Shown: in pieces, positions 56,176-64,000 of the stretch
How the letters are laid out: each line of letters begins with the position of its first letter
How positions within the stretch are numbered: position 1 is the stretch's first letter
NCBI GenBank assembly: GCA_002408565.1
Contig: DHTA01000005.1
Coordinates: 108,049 to 172,048, forward strand
DNA: 64,000 nucleotides
Direction: 5' to 3'
Source of the DNA: Patescibacteria group bacterium UBA5272
GTDB taxonomy: Bacteria > Patescibacteriota > Minisyncoccia > Phycocordibacterales > UBA5272
The notes under the pieces: model-generated
What the model saw: only the letters and a program-made list of their open reading frames with translations
Databases searched by the model: none
Told to the model about the DNA's origin: nothing
Translations under genes and position numbers: made by a program

Positions 56176-56757
56176 TTATTTTAAATTTGAAGAAGTTTCT
56201 TCTTTTTCTGTTTCCAAAACTTCTTTTAATCTCTCTGAAAAATCAGTTTTTATCTTCTCATATTCTGGTAAGTCTTCTATTTTTGTTAAACCTAACATTT
56301 GCAAGGCTTCAGTAGAAAGAGTATATTTTTCACCTTCTCTTTTTAAAAGTCCCCGCACTGAAAGAGAGCGAATACTTTGAGAAGATTGTATTCCTCGAAT
56401 AAAAGATATTTCAGATTTTGTAGAAGATCCTAAATAGGCGCAAATTGTTAAGACCTGTAAAGAAGCTGGAGTCAATTCTCCTTCCAACTCATCAGCACGA
56501 ATCTTTTTGGCGATTTCATTTAAATCACTATTTACTGCGATAGAATATTCAGATTTATTTTCGTTTTTAGATTCATTTTTTATAATAACTAAGCCAATTT
56601 TAGAAAGAGAAATTTCTAAATCTTTTATAGCTTCTAAAATAATTTCTTCAGGCAATTCTTCATCGCCTAGAAAAGTTTTTAATTTTTGTATGTTTATGGG
56701 CTCATTATATAAAAAAAGAATCGCTGAAATCTTTTTTGTTAAATCGTAATTTGGCAT
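56176..56757 (-). CDS. scpB: Segregation/condensation protein B
   Basis: AILF...EP, LT.A....L...AY.....EI..IRG, GL....DLP. Confidence 0.92.
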   Translation of the reverse strand: MPNYDLTKKISAILFLYNEPINIQKLKTFLGDEELPEEIILEAIKDLEISLSKIGLVIIKNESKNENKSEYSIAVNSDLNEIAKKIRADELEGELTPASLQVLTICAYLGSSTKSEISFIRGIQSSQSIRSLSVRGLLKREGEKYTLSTEALQMLGLTKIEDLPEYEKIKTDFSERLKEVLETEKEETSSNLK

Positions 56758-56774
56758 AAAAAAATTATAGCATA

Positions 56775-57512
56775 CTATATTTTACTAATGTTTATATCAT
56801 TAAATCCTTGTCCTTGTTCAGCGTGCAAGACTCCATTTTTAATAAGCTCAAGCATAGCTAAAAATGAGACTATAAAAGCAGATTTTTTTTCTTCTAAAGT
56901 CTTAGTTTCTCCAGAAAGAGAGTTGGAAAAATCTTTGAAAGATAAGCTGAAACTACTTTTCACTCTCTCTAAAAGTTTCTCTATAACATCTTCTATTTTT
57001 AAAACTTGACGAACAGCCACTTGTTTCAATCTTTCTTTTTTAGGTATTTTTAAGAGTGAAGCTATAGCTATAGAATGAAGCAAAACCGTATCAACTCTTT
57101 TATCCCAAACAAAAACATTTTCTTTATTTTCAAATTTAGAAACATTGTGTAGTCCATTTTTTCCAAAAATTTTATTAACATTTTTGCCAGCCTCTAAAAC
57201 TAGTTTATATAATTCAAGTTTTTTTTCTAAATTAGAAACAGACTCCTGCTCTTCTGAAGAATAAGAAATTGTAGGAAAAAGAGATTTGGCTTTGATTAAC
57301 ATCAAAGTAGAAGCTACAGAAATAAATTGAGAGATATCTACAATATCTTTTTGCCCTCTGTCCCCCATTTCTTTGATATAAGTAATATACTCATCAGTAA
57401 CCTGACTTAAAGAGAATTCATTAATAGAAAGTTTTCTTTGTTCAATCAGCTCTAGCAGTTTAGAATATGGCCCAGAAAATCTTTCCAGGGTTACGCTAAA
57501 TCTTTCTGTCAT
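56775..57512 (-). CDS. scpA: Segregation/condensation protein A
   Basis: FSGP...LL.LI, IKAKSL.P, FLAMLEL.K. Confidence 0.92.
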   Translation of the reverse strand: MTERFSVTLERFSGPYSKLLELIEQRKLSINEFSLSQVTDEYITYIKEMGDRGQKDIVDISQFISVASTLMLIKAKSLFPTISYSSEEQESVSNLEKKLELYKLVLEAGKNVNKIFGKNGLHNVSKFENKENVFVWDKRVDTVLLHSIAIASLLKIPKKERLKQVAVRQVLKIEDVIEKLLERVKSSFSLSFKDFSNSLSGETKTLEEKKSAFIVSFLAMLELIKNGVLHAEQGQGFNDINISKI

Positions 57513-57536
57513 AATATTACATCAATTATATCACGC

Positions 57537-58553
57537 TTAAAAATCCAAGCCTGTTTCCTTTCTAACTTTTTTCAACATGAGACTTGCTTTTTTGTTAGCT
57601 CTTTTAGAGCCAGATTTTAAAACTGAAAGCATTTCTTTTTTTCCTTTAGGAGTATTCAAATAATAATTATATTTCTTTTTCATTTCAGAAAAATAAGAAA
57701 GAATGGTCTTTAAAAGTTCTTCTTTGGCCTCTTTATAGCCGTAAGGATTTTTATCGCTATTTAAAAATTTCTGTCTTAGCGCCTCATCTTCTTTTTTGTT
57801 TAAGAAGATCTTATGAATCTTATAAATTAAAACCTCATCTGGATTTTTCTTTTCATTTGGAGCTTTGCTGTCAGTTTTGATGTTCATAACTTTCTTTTTT
57901 ATTTCCTCATCTGAAGCAAACATTGCTATAGCATTGCCTTTACTTTTGCTCATTTTTTCTCCATCAATACCAGGAATAACTTCCAACTCTTTTACAGAAT
58001 AAGCTTTGGGAGATTTAAAAGTGTTTGTATTATAAGCTCTGTTATATTTGCCAGCAATTTCTCTAGTCATTTCCAAATGCTGTTCTTGATCTTTTCCAAC
58101 AGGAACAATATCTGCCCCATAAATCAAAATGTCTGCTGCCATTAAAACTGGATAATTTAAGAGACCAATATTCACATCTTTTTTCTCATTAGCTTTATCT
58201 CTTTCTTTGTCTTTAAATGCGTGAGCTAAAAATAGCATAGGAAGAGGTGTGACAGTATCCAATATCCAAGTCAATTCTGTAACCAAAGGCACATCGCTTT
58301 GTTTAAAAATGGCGACCTCCTTCTTATTAAAACCACAAGCTAAATACGCAGCAGCCGTTTCTAAGATTTTATTATTTCTTTCTTTTTTGTCTATCAAAGT
58401 TGTCATAGAATGATAATCTGCCAAAAAGATATAAGACTCGTAATTTCCAGAATTCACTAACTCCACCATTTGTTTGATGGCTCCAAAATAATTCCCAAGA
58501 TGAAGCTCTCCGCTAGTTTGCACTCCCGACAATAACACTTTTTGTTTTTTCAT
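57537..58553 (-). CDS. trpS: Tryptophan--tRNA ligase
   Basis: HLGN, YPVLMAADIL, VPVGKDQ, KMSKS. Start MKKQK at 58553. Confidence 0.97.
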   Translation of the reverse strand: MKKQKVLLSGVQTSGELHLGNYFGAIKQMVELVNSGNYESYIFLADYHSMTTLIDKKERNNKILETAAAYLACGFNKKEVAIFKQSDVPLVTELTWILDTVTPLPMLFLAHAFKDKERDKANEKKDVNIGLLNYPVLMAADILIYGADIVPVGKDQEQHLEMTREIAGKYNRAYNTNTFKSPKAYSVKELEVIPGIDGEKMSKSKGNAIAMFASDEEIKKKVMNIKTDSKAPNEKKNPDEVLIYKIHKIFLNKKEDEALRQKFLNSDKNPYGYKEAKEELLKTILSYFSEMKKKYNYYLNTPKGKKEMLSVLKSGSKRANKKASLMLKKVRKETGLDF

Positions 58554-58566
58554 AATTTTTACAATA

Positions 58567-60963
58567 CTAATCTTCTGTAGTAGTGGTAGCTGTTTCAGAA
58601 TCAGAAACTGTTGATACAATTTCTGCAGTTGTACTAGCATTTAATAAAGATTGGACTTTTTCTGTATTTAAGAGTGTTGCCCTTAATTCTTGAACACTTT
58701 CATCGTCAGGTAAAATTTGACTCAAAATATCAACCAATTCATAAGCTTTATCATATTCTTTCGCAATTGTATAAGTGATAGCTAAATAGTACGCGGCAGG
58801 CACGCTATTTGAATCCAAAGTCAAAGCGGAAACAAAAGCTGTGTAAGCTTGATTGAGTTCATCTTGTGTGAGCTCTCCTTTATTTAAAATTAAAATACCA
58901 TATTGCAAATAAGCTTCAACATTTTGAGAATCAGACTGAATAGCTTTAGTTGCATACTCTAAAGCTAGTTCTTGATTATTGTTTTGTGCAGCCAATTGAG
59001 AGAAAAGATTATAAGCTTCAGAATAGTTAGATTTTGTATTTAATGATTGCTGAATGGCTTCTAGAGTACTTGTGGAGTTTTGATTATATGAATATTCTAA
59101 ATTGGCTAAAGTTAAATAAAGAGAAGGATTTTTTGGATACAAGGAAATAGCTGTCGTATATAATTCTTTAGCTTTTTGATAATTTGAATCTTTATTTTGT
59201 TTATCAAGATTCATTAAATAAACGTAAACCGAGCCAGAAGAAAGATAGTTGTTAAAATCTTGTGAGTCTATTTTTATAGCTTTTTCAGCAAAACTTACAG
59301 CATTATTAATTGAAGCTATAACTTCTTCTTGTAAAAGAGCTTTATCGGTAGAAGTTGAATTTGATATTACCCCAGCCTTAAATAGATAAAACTGGGACAA
59401 CAACCTATAACCTCCATCATTTCTTTGTACAAGATTGGTGCTTTTAGTTAAATCTTTTTCCATTTGAACAATGTCTCCATTATTTCTATAATTAATTAAA
59501 GCGTTATTTGTGATATAAACAGATCTAATTCTATTAATGGATAAAATTGTACCAAATAAAAGCAATAAAAAGGCTATTAAGGTTATTAGATTATAAGGTT
59601 TTGAAACTTCATATCTTTTCCACTGATAAAATGTCCCCAAAACTAAAGCCAGAGCCAGAGCAAAAACAAAAGTAGCGATATTTATATTAGCAAAAAAGAT
59701 CATTAAGAAAACAGAAAAGATAAATAATGTAGCTGTGGCTAGAAGATAAAATAGCTCTTCTTGATTAAATTCAAGATCTTCGCCGTCTTCATTTTTAAAT
59801 TTTATTCTTTTGACTCCTTTAAAAACTTTAACTGTTGGTAAAATCAAAATTGCTAAAATAAATAATAATCCTATTACCCCAAAGGTCACAGCTAAAGTTG
59901 TTATTGCTGAAAAAGAAGAAGAAAATTCTACACTCCAATAAGAAGAATCTATAACAGATTGAGGTTTTTCTTGTTGCCAAACTTTATAAAAATTTGCTGG
60001 ACCAGATCCAAAAATCCTGCCCTTTATTAATTCAGACTTAATTAAGCCTAAACTCAAATTTATATTTGGTTTAATAAAACCATAATTAATGCCAGAAACT
60101 TGGTTTGCAAAAGTAGAATAAGCTTGATTTAATTTTGAAGTTGGACCTGAAGAAAAAATAAACATCAAAGAAAAAAGGAAAGAGATAAGAAAAACATAAA
60201 AAGTGGCTGTTTTAAAAATCTTTACTTTTTTGGATTTTTTAGTAAATAGAAGAATAAATAAAGAGGAAAAAGCTAAGGCGTACCAAATGTCAGGAATAAG
60301 AATGAAAGATATTAATACTAAATGAAGTAAAATCAGTATTAAAGAAAATATTCTTTGAGCTTTGGTTGAAGCTATTGTTTCAAAATAGATTAGAGCTAAA
60401 ATCACAATAACAGCAGAAGCGGTGGCGACAATATCCCAATTTTCAATAAAAAAGATAAGCTTACCAGCAAGATTGAACACTTCAAATTTTGCCAAAATTA
60501 AAGCTAGTATAGACGGCAAAGTGACTAGCAAGCTTCCTAAAGTCAAAACTCCCCAGGTCAACCTTTTAAAATGTTTGGTATAAGAAGCAACTATTAGGAC
60601 CAGACAAAAAAGTGCAAAATAAGTTAAACCACTTTGTAAATAAACGTATTTACCAAAAAAGGAATCAAAAAAATCAGCTGTCAAAAAACTGATAAGAAGA
60701 ATTAAAATAGGGAAAACAAATAATAAAATCTTTGCTATTTTATTTTCTGGTAACAGAATTTCTTTTTTCTTAAAAATCAAAATCGAATACAGAGCTACAG
60801 CTAAAGTTGTAATTATCAAAAGAGTGGTATTCCTTACCATTTCAGGAGAAATTAAAGAAGTTGAAGAGGAAAATTTGTAAAAAATGGAAAAAATCAAACC
60901 CAGAAAACTCAATAAAAAACTCAAAAACAATAAAACCCTATTCCACGATATTTTTTTTGTCAT
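58567..60963 (-). CDS. Polytopic membrane protein (O-antigen ligase-like) with C-terminal TPRs
   Basis: About 12 TM helices, FGSGPANF loop, G..G helix, then TPR-like helices. Confidence 0.75.
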   Translation of the reverse strand: MTKKISWNRVLLFLSFLLSFLGLIFSIFYKFSSSTSLISPEMVRNTTLLIITTLAVALYSILIFKKKEILLPENKIAKILLFVFPILILLISFLTADFFDSFFGKYVYLQSGLTYFALFCLVLIVASYTKHFKRLTWGVLTLGSLLVTLPSILALILAKFEVFNLAGKLIFFIENWDIVATASAVIVILALIYFETIASTKAQRIFSLILILLHLVLISFILIPDIWYALAFSSLFILLFTKKSKKVKIFKTATFYVFLISFLFSLMFIFSSGPTSKLNQAYSTFANQVSGINYGFIKPNINLSLGLIKSELIKGRIFGSGPANFYKVWQQEKPQSVIDSSYWSVEFSSSFSAITTLAVTFGVIGLLFILAILILPTVKVFKGVKRIKFKNEDGEDLEFNQEELFYLLATATLFIFSVFLMIFFANINIATFVFALALALVLGTFYQWKRYEVSKPYNLITLIAFLLLLFGTILSINRIRSVYITNNALINYRNNGDIVQMEKDLTKSTNLVQRNDGGYRLLSQFYLFKAGVISNSTSTDKALLQEEVIASINNAVSFAEKAIKIDSQDFNNYLSSGSVYVYLMNLDKQNKDSNYQKAKELYTTAISLYPKNPSLYLTLANLEYSYNQNSTSTLEAIQQSLNTKSNYSEAYNLFSQLAAQNNNQELALEYATKAIQSDSQNVEAYLQYGILILNKGELTQDELNQAYTAFVSALTLDSNSVPAAYYLAITYTIAKEYDKAYELVDILSQILPDDESVQELRATLLNTEKVQSLLNASTTAEIVSTVSDSETATTTTED

Positions 60964-61040
60964 AATAAAATCAATAATCTATAATAAACAAGCTTTTAAT
61001 AGATTTAATTATATCACACTCTAGACACCCTATATTAGAA

Positions 61041-61973
61041 TTATATCTTTAAATATCTTCTGATTGCTAAAAGTGAAGAAAAGGTAGCTAAAAGCAAACT
61101 TATAATTAAAAGTAGTAAAAATAACACAAAGAAATTTTGTAGATAATATTGAAAAATATCTAAACCACTAAAAAAGTCTATAGTATTTTTAGCTAAATAA
61201 AAAGTAGTAGGAAAAAAGAAAATCATGGCTAACAAAGAAGAAATTACAGCATAAATACTTGACTCCACCAAAAACGGCCCTCGAATATGCATATTAGAAG
61301 CTCCTACAAGCTTCATAACAGCTATTTCTTCTTTATAAATGAAAATAGAAAGTCTTATGGTGTTAAATATAATAAGTGAACTAATAACAAGGAATAAAAG
61401 AGTTATCCAATATCCAATTGAATTAAATAAGCGAATCATGTTATTTAATCTGTCGATAGTAGGTTTTAATTCAAAATAGTTAATTTTATCTATAGCCGAA
61501 TAAGATTCACCCAAAAAATCTGACTCTGAGCTTAAGGTGTTAGAAATATAATCGTAGCTATTTGTATCTTTCGCAAAGACGGTAAGCATAGCTCCAAAAG
61601 GATTGGTGTCCAATTCCGCTAAAGCTTGAAGAGTTACAGGATCATTAGAATGTTTTTCTTGAAAATCTGTCAAAGATTGCTCTGCCGTCACTAATTCTAT
61701 GCTCTGAACCTCTGGCAAAGTTTTAATCTTGTTTTTTATATCTAAAATTTGAGAATCTTCAGCGTCGAGTTTAAAATAAATTTTTATATCAACTTTATTT
61801 CTTACTTGATTTAAGGAATAATCAAAAATTCCTCTAAAGAAAAAAAAGACTCCAATAATTATAAGCGTTGTAGTGAGTATGCCAATAGAAGAAAGAGAAA
61901 CTGTTTTGTTTCTTAAAAAACTAACAAATCCTGATTTTAAAACTCTTTTAGTTGATATAATTTTCTTTTTCAT
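61041..61973 (-). CDS. ftsX: Cell division permease FtsX
   Basis: NTIRLSI...KEEI.VMKLVGA...I..PF..E. Confidence 0.95.
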   Translation of the reverse strand: MKKKIISTKRVLKSGFVSFLRNKTVSLSSIGILTTTLIIIGVFFFFRGIFDYSLNQVRNKVDIKIYFKLDAEDSQILDIKNKIKTLPEVQSIELVTAEQSLTDFQEKHSNDPVTLQALAELDTNPFGAMLTVFAKDTNSYDYISNTLSSESDFLGESYSAIDKINYFELKPTIDRLNNMIRLFNSIGYWITLLFLVISSLIIFNTIRLSIFIYKEEIAVMKLVGASNMHIRGPFLVESSIYAVISSLLAMIFFFPTTFYLAKNTIDFFSGLDIFQYYLQNFFVLFLLLLIISLLLATFSSLLAIRRYLKI

Positions 61974-61996
61974 ATTTTTAAAAATTAATATTAAAA

Positions 61997-62677
61997 TTAA
62001 ATTGCATATTTTCCAATTCTTTCATCTTTCAAAATTCTGCCATCTTGCATAGTCACCACCCTCTTTTTTAAGTGATCAATTACTCCTTTATTGTGGGTGG
62101 TTAAAATTACAGTTGTACCTAAGTCATTAATCTTTTTTAAAACCTGAATAATATCGTAAGTGTTTACTGGATCAAGATTTCCTGTTGGTTCATCAGCTAT
62201 CAAAATTTCTGGACGATTAACCAAAGCTCTAGCTATGACCACTCTTTGTTTTTCACCACCAGAAAGTTGATCTGGGAAATGAAAAATTTTATTACGCAAA
62301 TCTACCAAATCTAAAACATTTGGCACATCTCGAGCAATCTCTTCGTCAGTCTTTCCAGAAGCTTCCATAGCAAAAGCGATATTTTCAAAAACAGTTTTAT
62401 TTTTTAAAAGTCTGTAATCCTGAAAAACCACACCGATTTTTCTCCTAAAATCAGTTAAATCTTTTCCTTTTAATTTATTAACCTGACTGGAATGAAAAGA
62501 CACTCTACCATAAGTTGGTTTCTCTTCAGCCAAAATCATTTTTATTAGAGTAGTTTTACCTGCTCCAGAATGACCAACAATTGATACGAGTTCTCCTTTA
62601 TCAATTGTTAAATTGATATCATCCAAGGCAACGAATCCTCCAGGATATTCTTTTCTTAAATTCTCAAAATAGAGCAT
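61997..62677 (-). CDS. ftsE: Cell division ATPase FtsE
   Basis: GHSGAGKT, VFQDYRLL, LSGGEKQRV, ADEPTGNLD; adjacent to ftsX. Confidence 0.96.
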   Translation of the reverse strand: MLYFENLRKEYPGGFVALDDINLTIDKGELVSIVGHSGAGKTTLIKMILAEEKPTYGRVSFHSSQVNKLKGKDLTDFRRKIGVVFQDYRLLKNKTVFENIAFAMEASGKTDEEIARDVPNVLDLVDLRNKIFHFPDQLSGGEKQRVVIARALVNRPEILIADEPTGNLDPVNTYDIIQVLKKINDLGTTVILTTHNKGVIDHLKKRVVTMQDGRILKDERIGKYAI

Positions 62678-62761
62678 AAAAAATAGCGTTCTAGCTTAAC
62701 TTTAATATTCTAACACATTTTTCTCTTTGCAAACATATTTATTAACAACAGAAAAATTCTA

Positions 62762-63661
62762 TTAATTTAAATCCTTTTCAGCATCTATAAACTCATCCAA
62801 TTTTCCTTTTTCTAAAACCTCTTCCAAATTACTAGTCTCCACTCCTGTTCTTAAGTCTTTAATTAATTTATATGGGTGTAAAACATAATTTCTAATCTGA
62901 TTCCCCCACTCTATTTCGACAGTTTTAGAAATTTGTCTCCCTTCTAGCTCAGCTTTCTTTTTCTCTTCTTCTCTAGTAAACAATTTTGCAAAAAGCAAAC
63001 TCAAAGCTTTTTCCTTATTTTTCTCCTGACTTCTTTCAGAAGAAATGTGAGCTGAAATATTTGTGGGCCTATGCACAACCCTGACGGCAGTTTCTCTTTT
63101 ATTTACATTTTGCCCTCCAGGTCCTGAAGCTTTAGAAGTCTCAATTTCAATGTCTTCTTCATTTACACTTTCTTTAAACTTGTTAAATTCTAATTTTGGC
63201 AAAATAGGTAAAACTTCTACCATAGCAAAACTAGTGTGTCTTTTTCCATTGGCGTTAAAAGGAGAGATGCGAACAAGTCTATGCACTCCAGATTCATTTT
63301 TTAATTTGCCATAAACATTTCTTCCTTTGATTTCAAGAGAAAGATTTCTAAAACCTCCATGGTCATTTTGATTTTCGTGTAATTTTAAATAATTCCAACC
63401 ATTATTTTCAAAATATTTTGAATACATATGAAATAACATTCTTGCCCAATCTTCACTATCGTCTCCACCAGCTCCAGCTAAAATATTCATGGTGGCACCA
63501 CCAACATCAAGAGTGTCACCCCCTTCTAATTCAAGTTTTAGGCTCTTTATTTTTTGTATAATTTCTTGAGCTTGAATTTTATCATTCCAAAAATCTACAC
63601 TATTCATCTGTATTTCTAATTCCTCTATTTCTTTTTGAATATTTTCTTTATCGAGATCCAT
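62762..63661 (-). CDS. prfB: Peptide chain release factor 2 (short, no frameshift)
   Basis: GAGG, ESGVHRLVRISPF (SPF), GGQ, WGNQIRNYV.HPY. Confidence 0.95.
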   Translation of the reverse strand: MDLDKENIQKEIEELEIQMNSVDFWNDKIQAQEIIQKIKSLKLELEGGDTLDVGGATMNILAGAGGDDSEDWARMLFHMYSKYFENNGWNYLKLHENQNDHGGFRNLSLEIKGRNVYGKLKNESGVHRLVRISPFNANGKRHTSFAMVEVLPILPKLEFNKFKESVNEEDIEIETSKASGPGGQNVNKRETAVRVVHRPTNISAHISSERSQEKNKEKALSLLFAKLFTREEEKKKAELEGRQISKTVEIEWGNQIRNYVLHPYKLIKDLRTGVETSNLEEVLEKGKLDEFIDAEKDLN

Positions 63662-63796
63662 ATTTAATAAGAGTATATTAGAAAATCTCTACATTTTTAA
63701 GACTTGACATATAGTATAGATATATCGTATTATTAAAATTAGAAGTTCTTGCAAATAACAAACAATTTTAAATACAAACACTTAAAATCGAAAAAG

Positions 63797-64000
63797 ATGG
63801 AAACAATGACACCCGAGTATGCTGCCATAATCTTTATGGTTATACTTATCTTAGGTTTTTTTACTTTTACCGCTTACTCAAAAAATAAGCTCCCTTTACC
63901 AAAAAGAACGGTAAAGAGAAGAAAAGAAAAACTGCAGAGATTAGAGACCTTATTCCTGGGAAAGAAGCTATTTTTAGATCTCACAACTGAAGATCTAAAA
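63797..64000 (+). CDS. Hypothetical membrane-anchored protein, 3'-truncated by window edge
   Basis: METMTPEYAAIIFMVILILGFFTF... stays open to the end; TTGACA..TATTAT promoter upstream. Confidence 0.6.
   Translation, partial: METMTPEYAAIIFMVILILGFFTFTAYSKNKLPLPKRTVKRRKEKLQRLETLFLGKKLFLDLTTEDLK

Noticed and set aside
3509-63314. Many antisense or alternate-frame ORFs in the track (e.g. 3509-3817, 6291-6653, 14755-15213, 16900-17873, 18551-19075, 32332-32721, 63063-63314)
   Set aside because: They lie mostly or wholly within well-supported genes and have no motifs; shadow ORFs.
1-64000. CRISPR array, IS or transposase, integrase, prophage, rRNA, alternative genetic code
   Set aside because: No spaced repeats or such genes seen. 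The Cas4-like nuclease has no cas1/cas2 nearby. TGA acts as stop and RF2 is present.

Overview
AT-rich, gene-dense bacterial chromosome segment in standard code 11 (TGA stops, RF2 present). It looks like Patescibacteria/CPR, probably Parcubacteria: few Shine-Dalgarno motifs, shortened housekeeping proteins, rplI present, and a membrane-anchored baseplate-J-like protein. In order, it holds a glycosyltransferase cluster, tRNA-Trp, alaS, infA-rpmJ-rpsM-rpsK-rpsD-rpoA-rplQ-rplM-rpsI and grpE-dnaK-dnaJ. Next come a 3.6-kb accessory block between two convergent tRNA-Gln genes, rmuC, rplU, recR, dnaB, cysS, an S41 protease, rplI and rpmA. Then follow a small restriction-modification-like island, an AddAB/AdnAB-like helicase-nuclease pair, a Pif1 helicase, sufB with a mini-sufD, serS, dus and dnaX. 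A minus-strand run ends the window: gltX, murG, ftsW, mraY, a DD-carboxypeptidase, scpB, scpA, trpS, an O-antigen-ligase/TPR protein, ftsX, ftsE and prfB. I saw no rRNA, CRISPR array, transposase or integrase. The most interesting signals are outside the ORF track. There are four candidate structured non-coding RNAs with predicted promoters and terminators, including a convergent pair between dnaX and gltX, one of them 6S-like in shape. There is also a 30-aa basic Cys-rich microprotein, a 38-aa leaderless hydrophobic peptide, recurrent leaderless extended -10 promoters, tandem DnaA-like boxes, a DGR-target-like orphan gene, and truncated CysRS, RF2 and DnaX. All family calls come from motif recognition by eye; no database searches were run.
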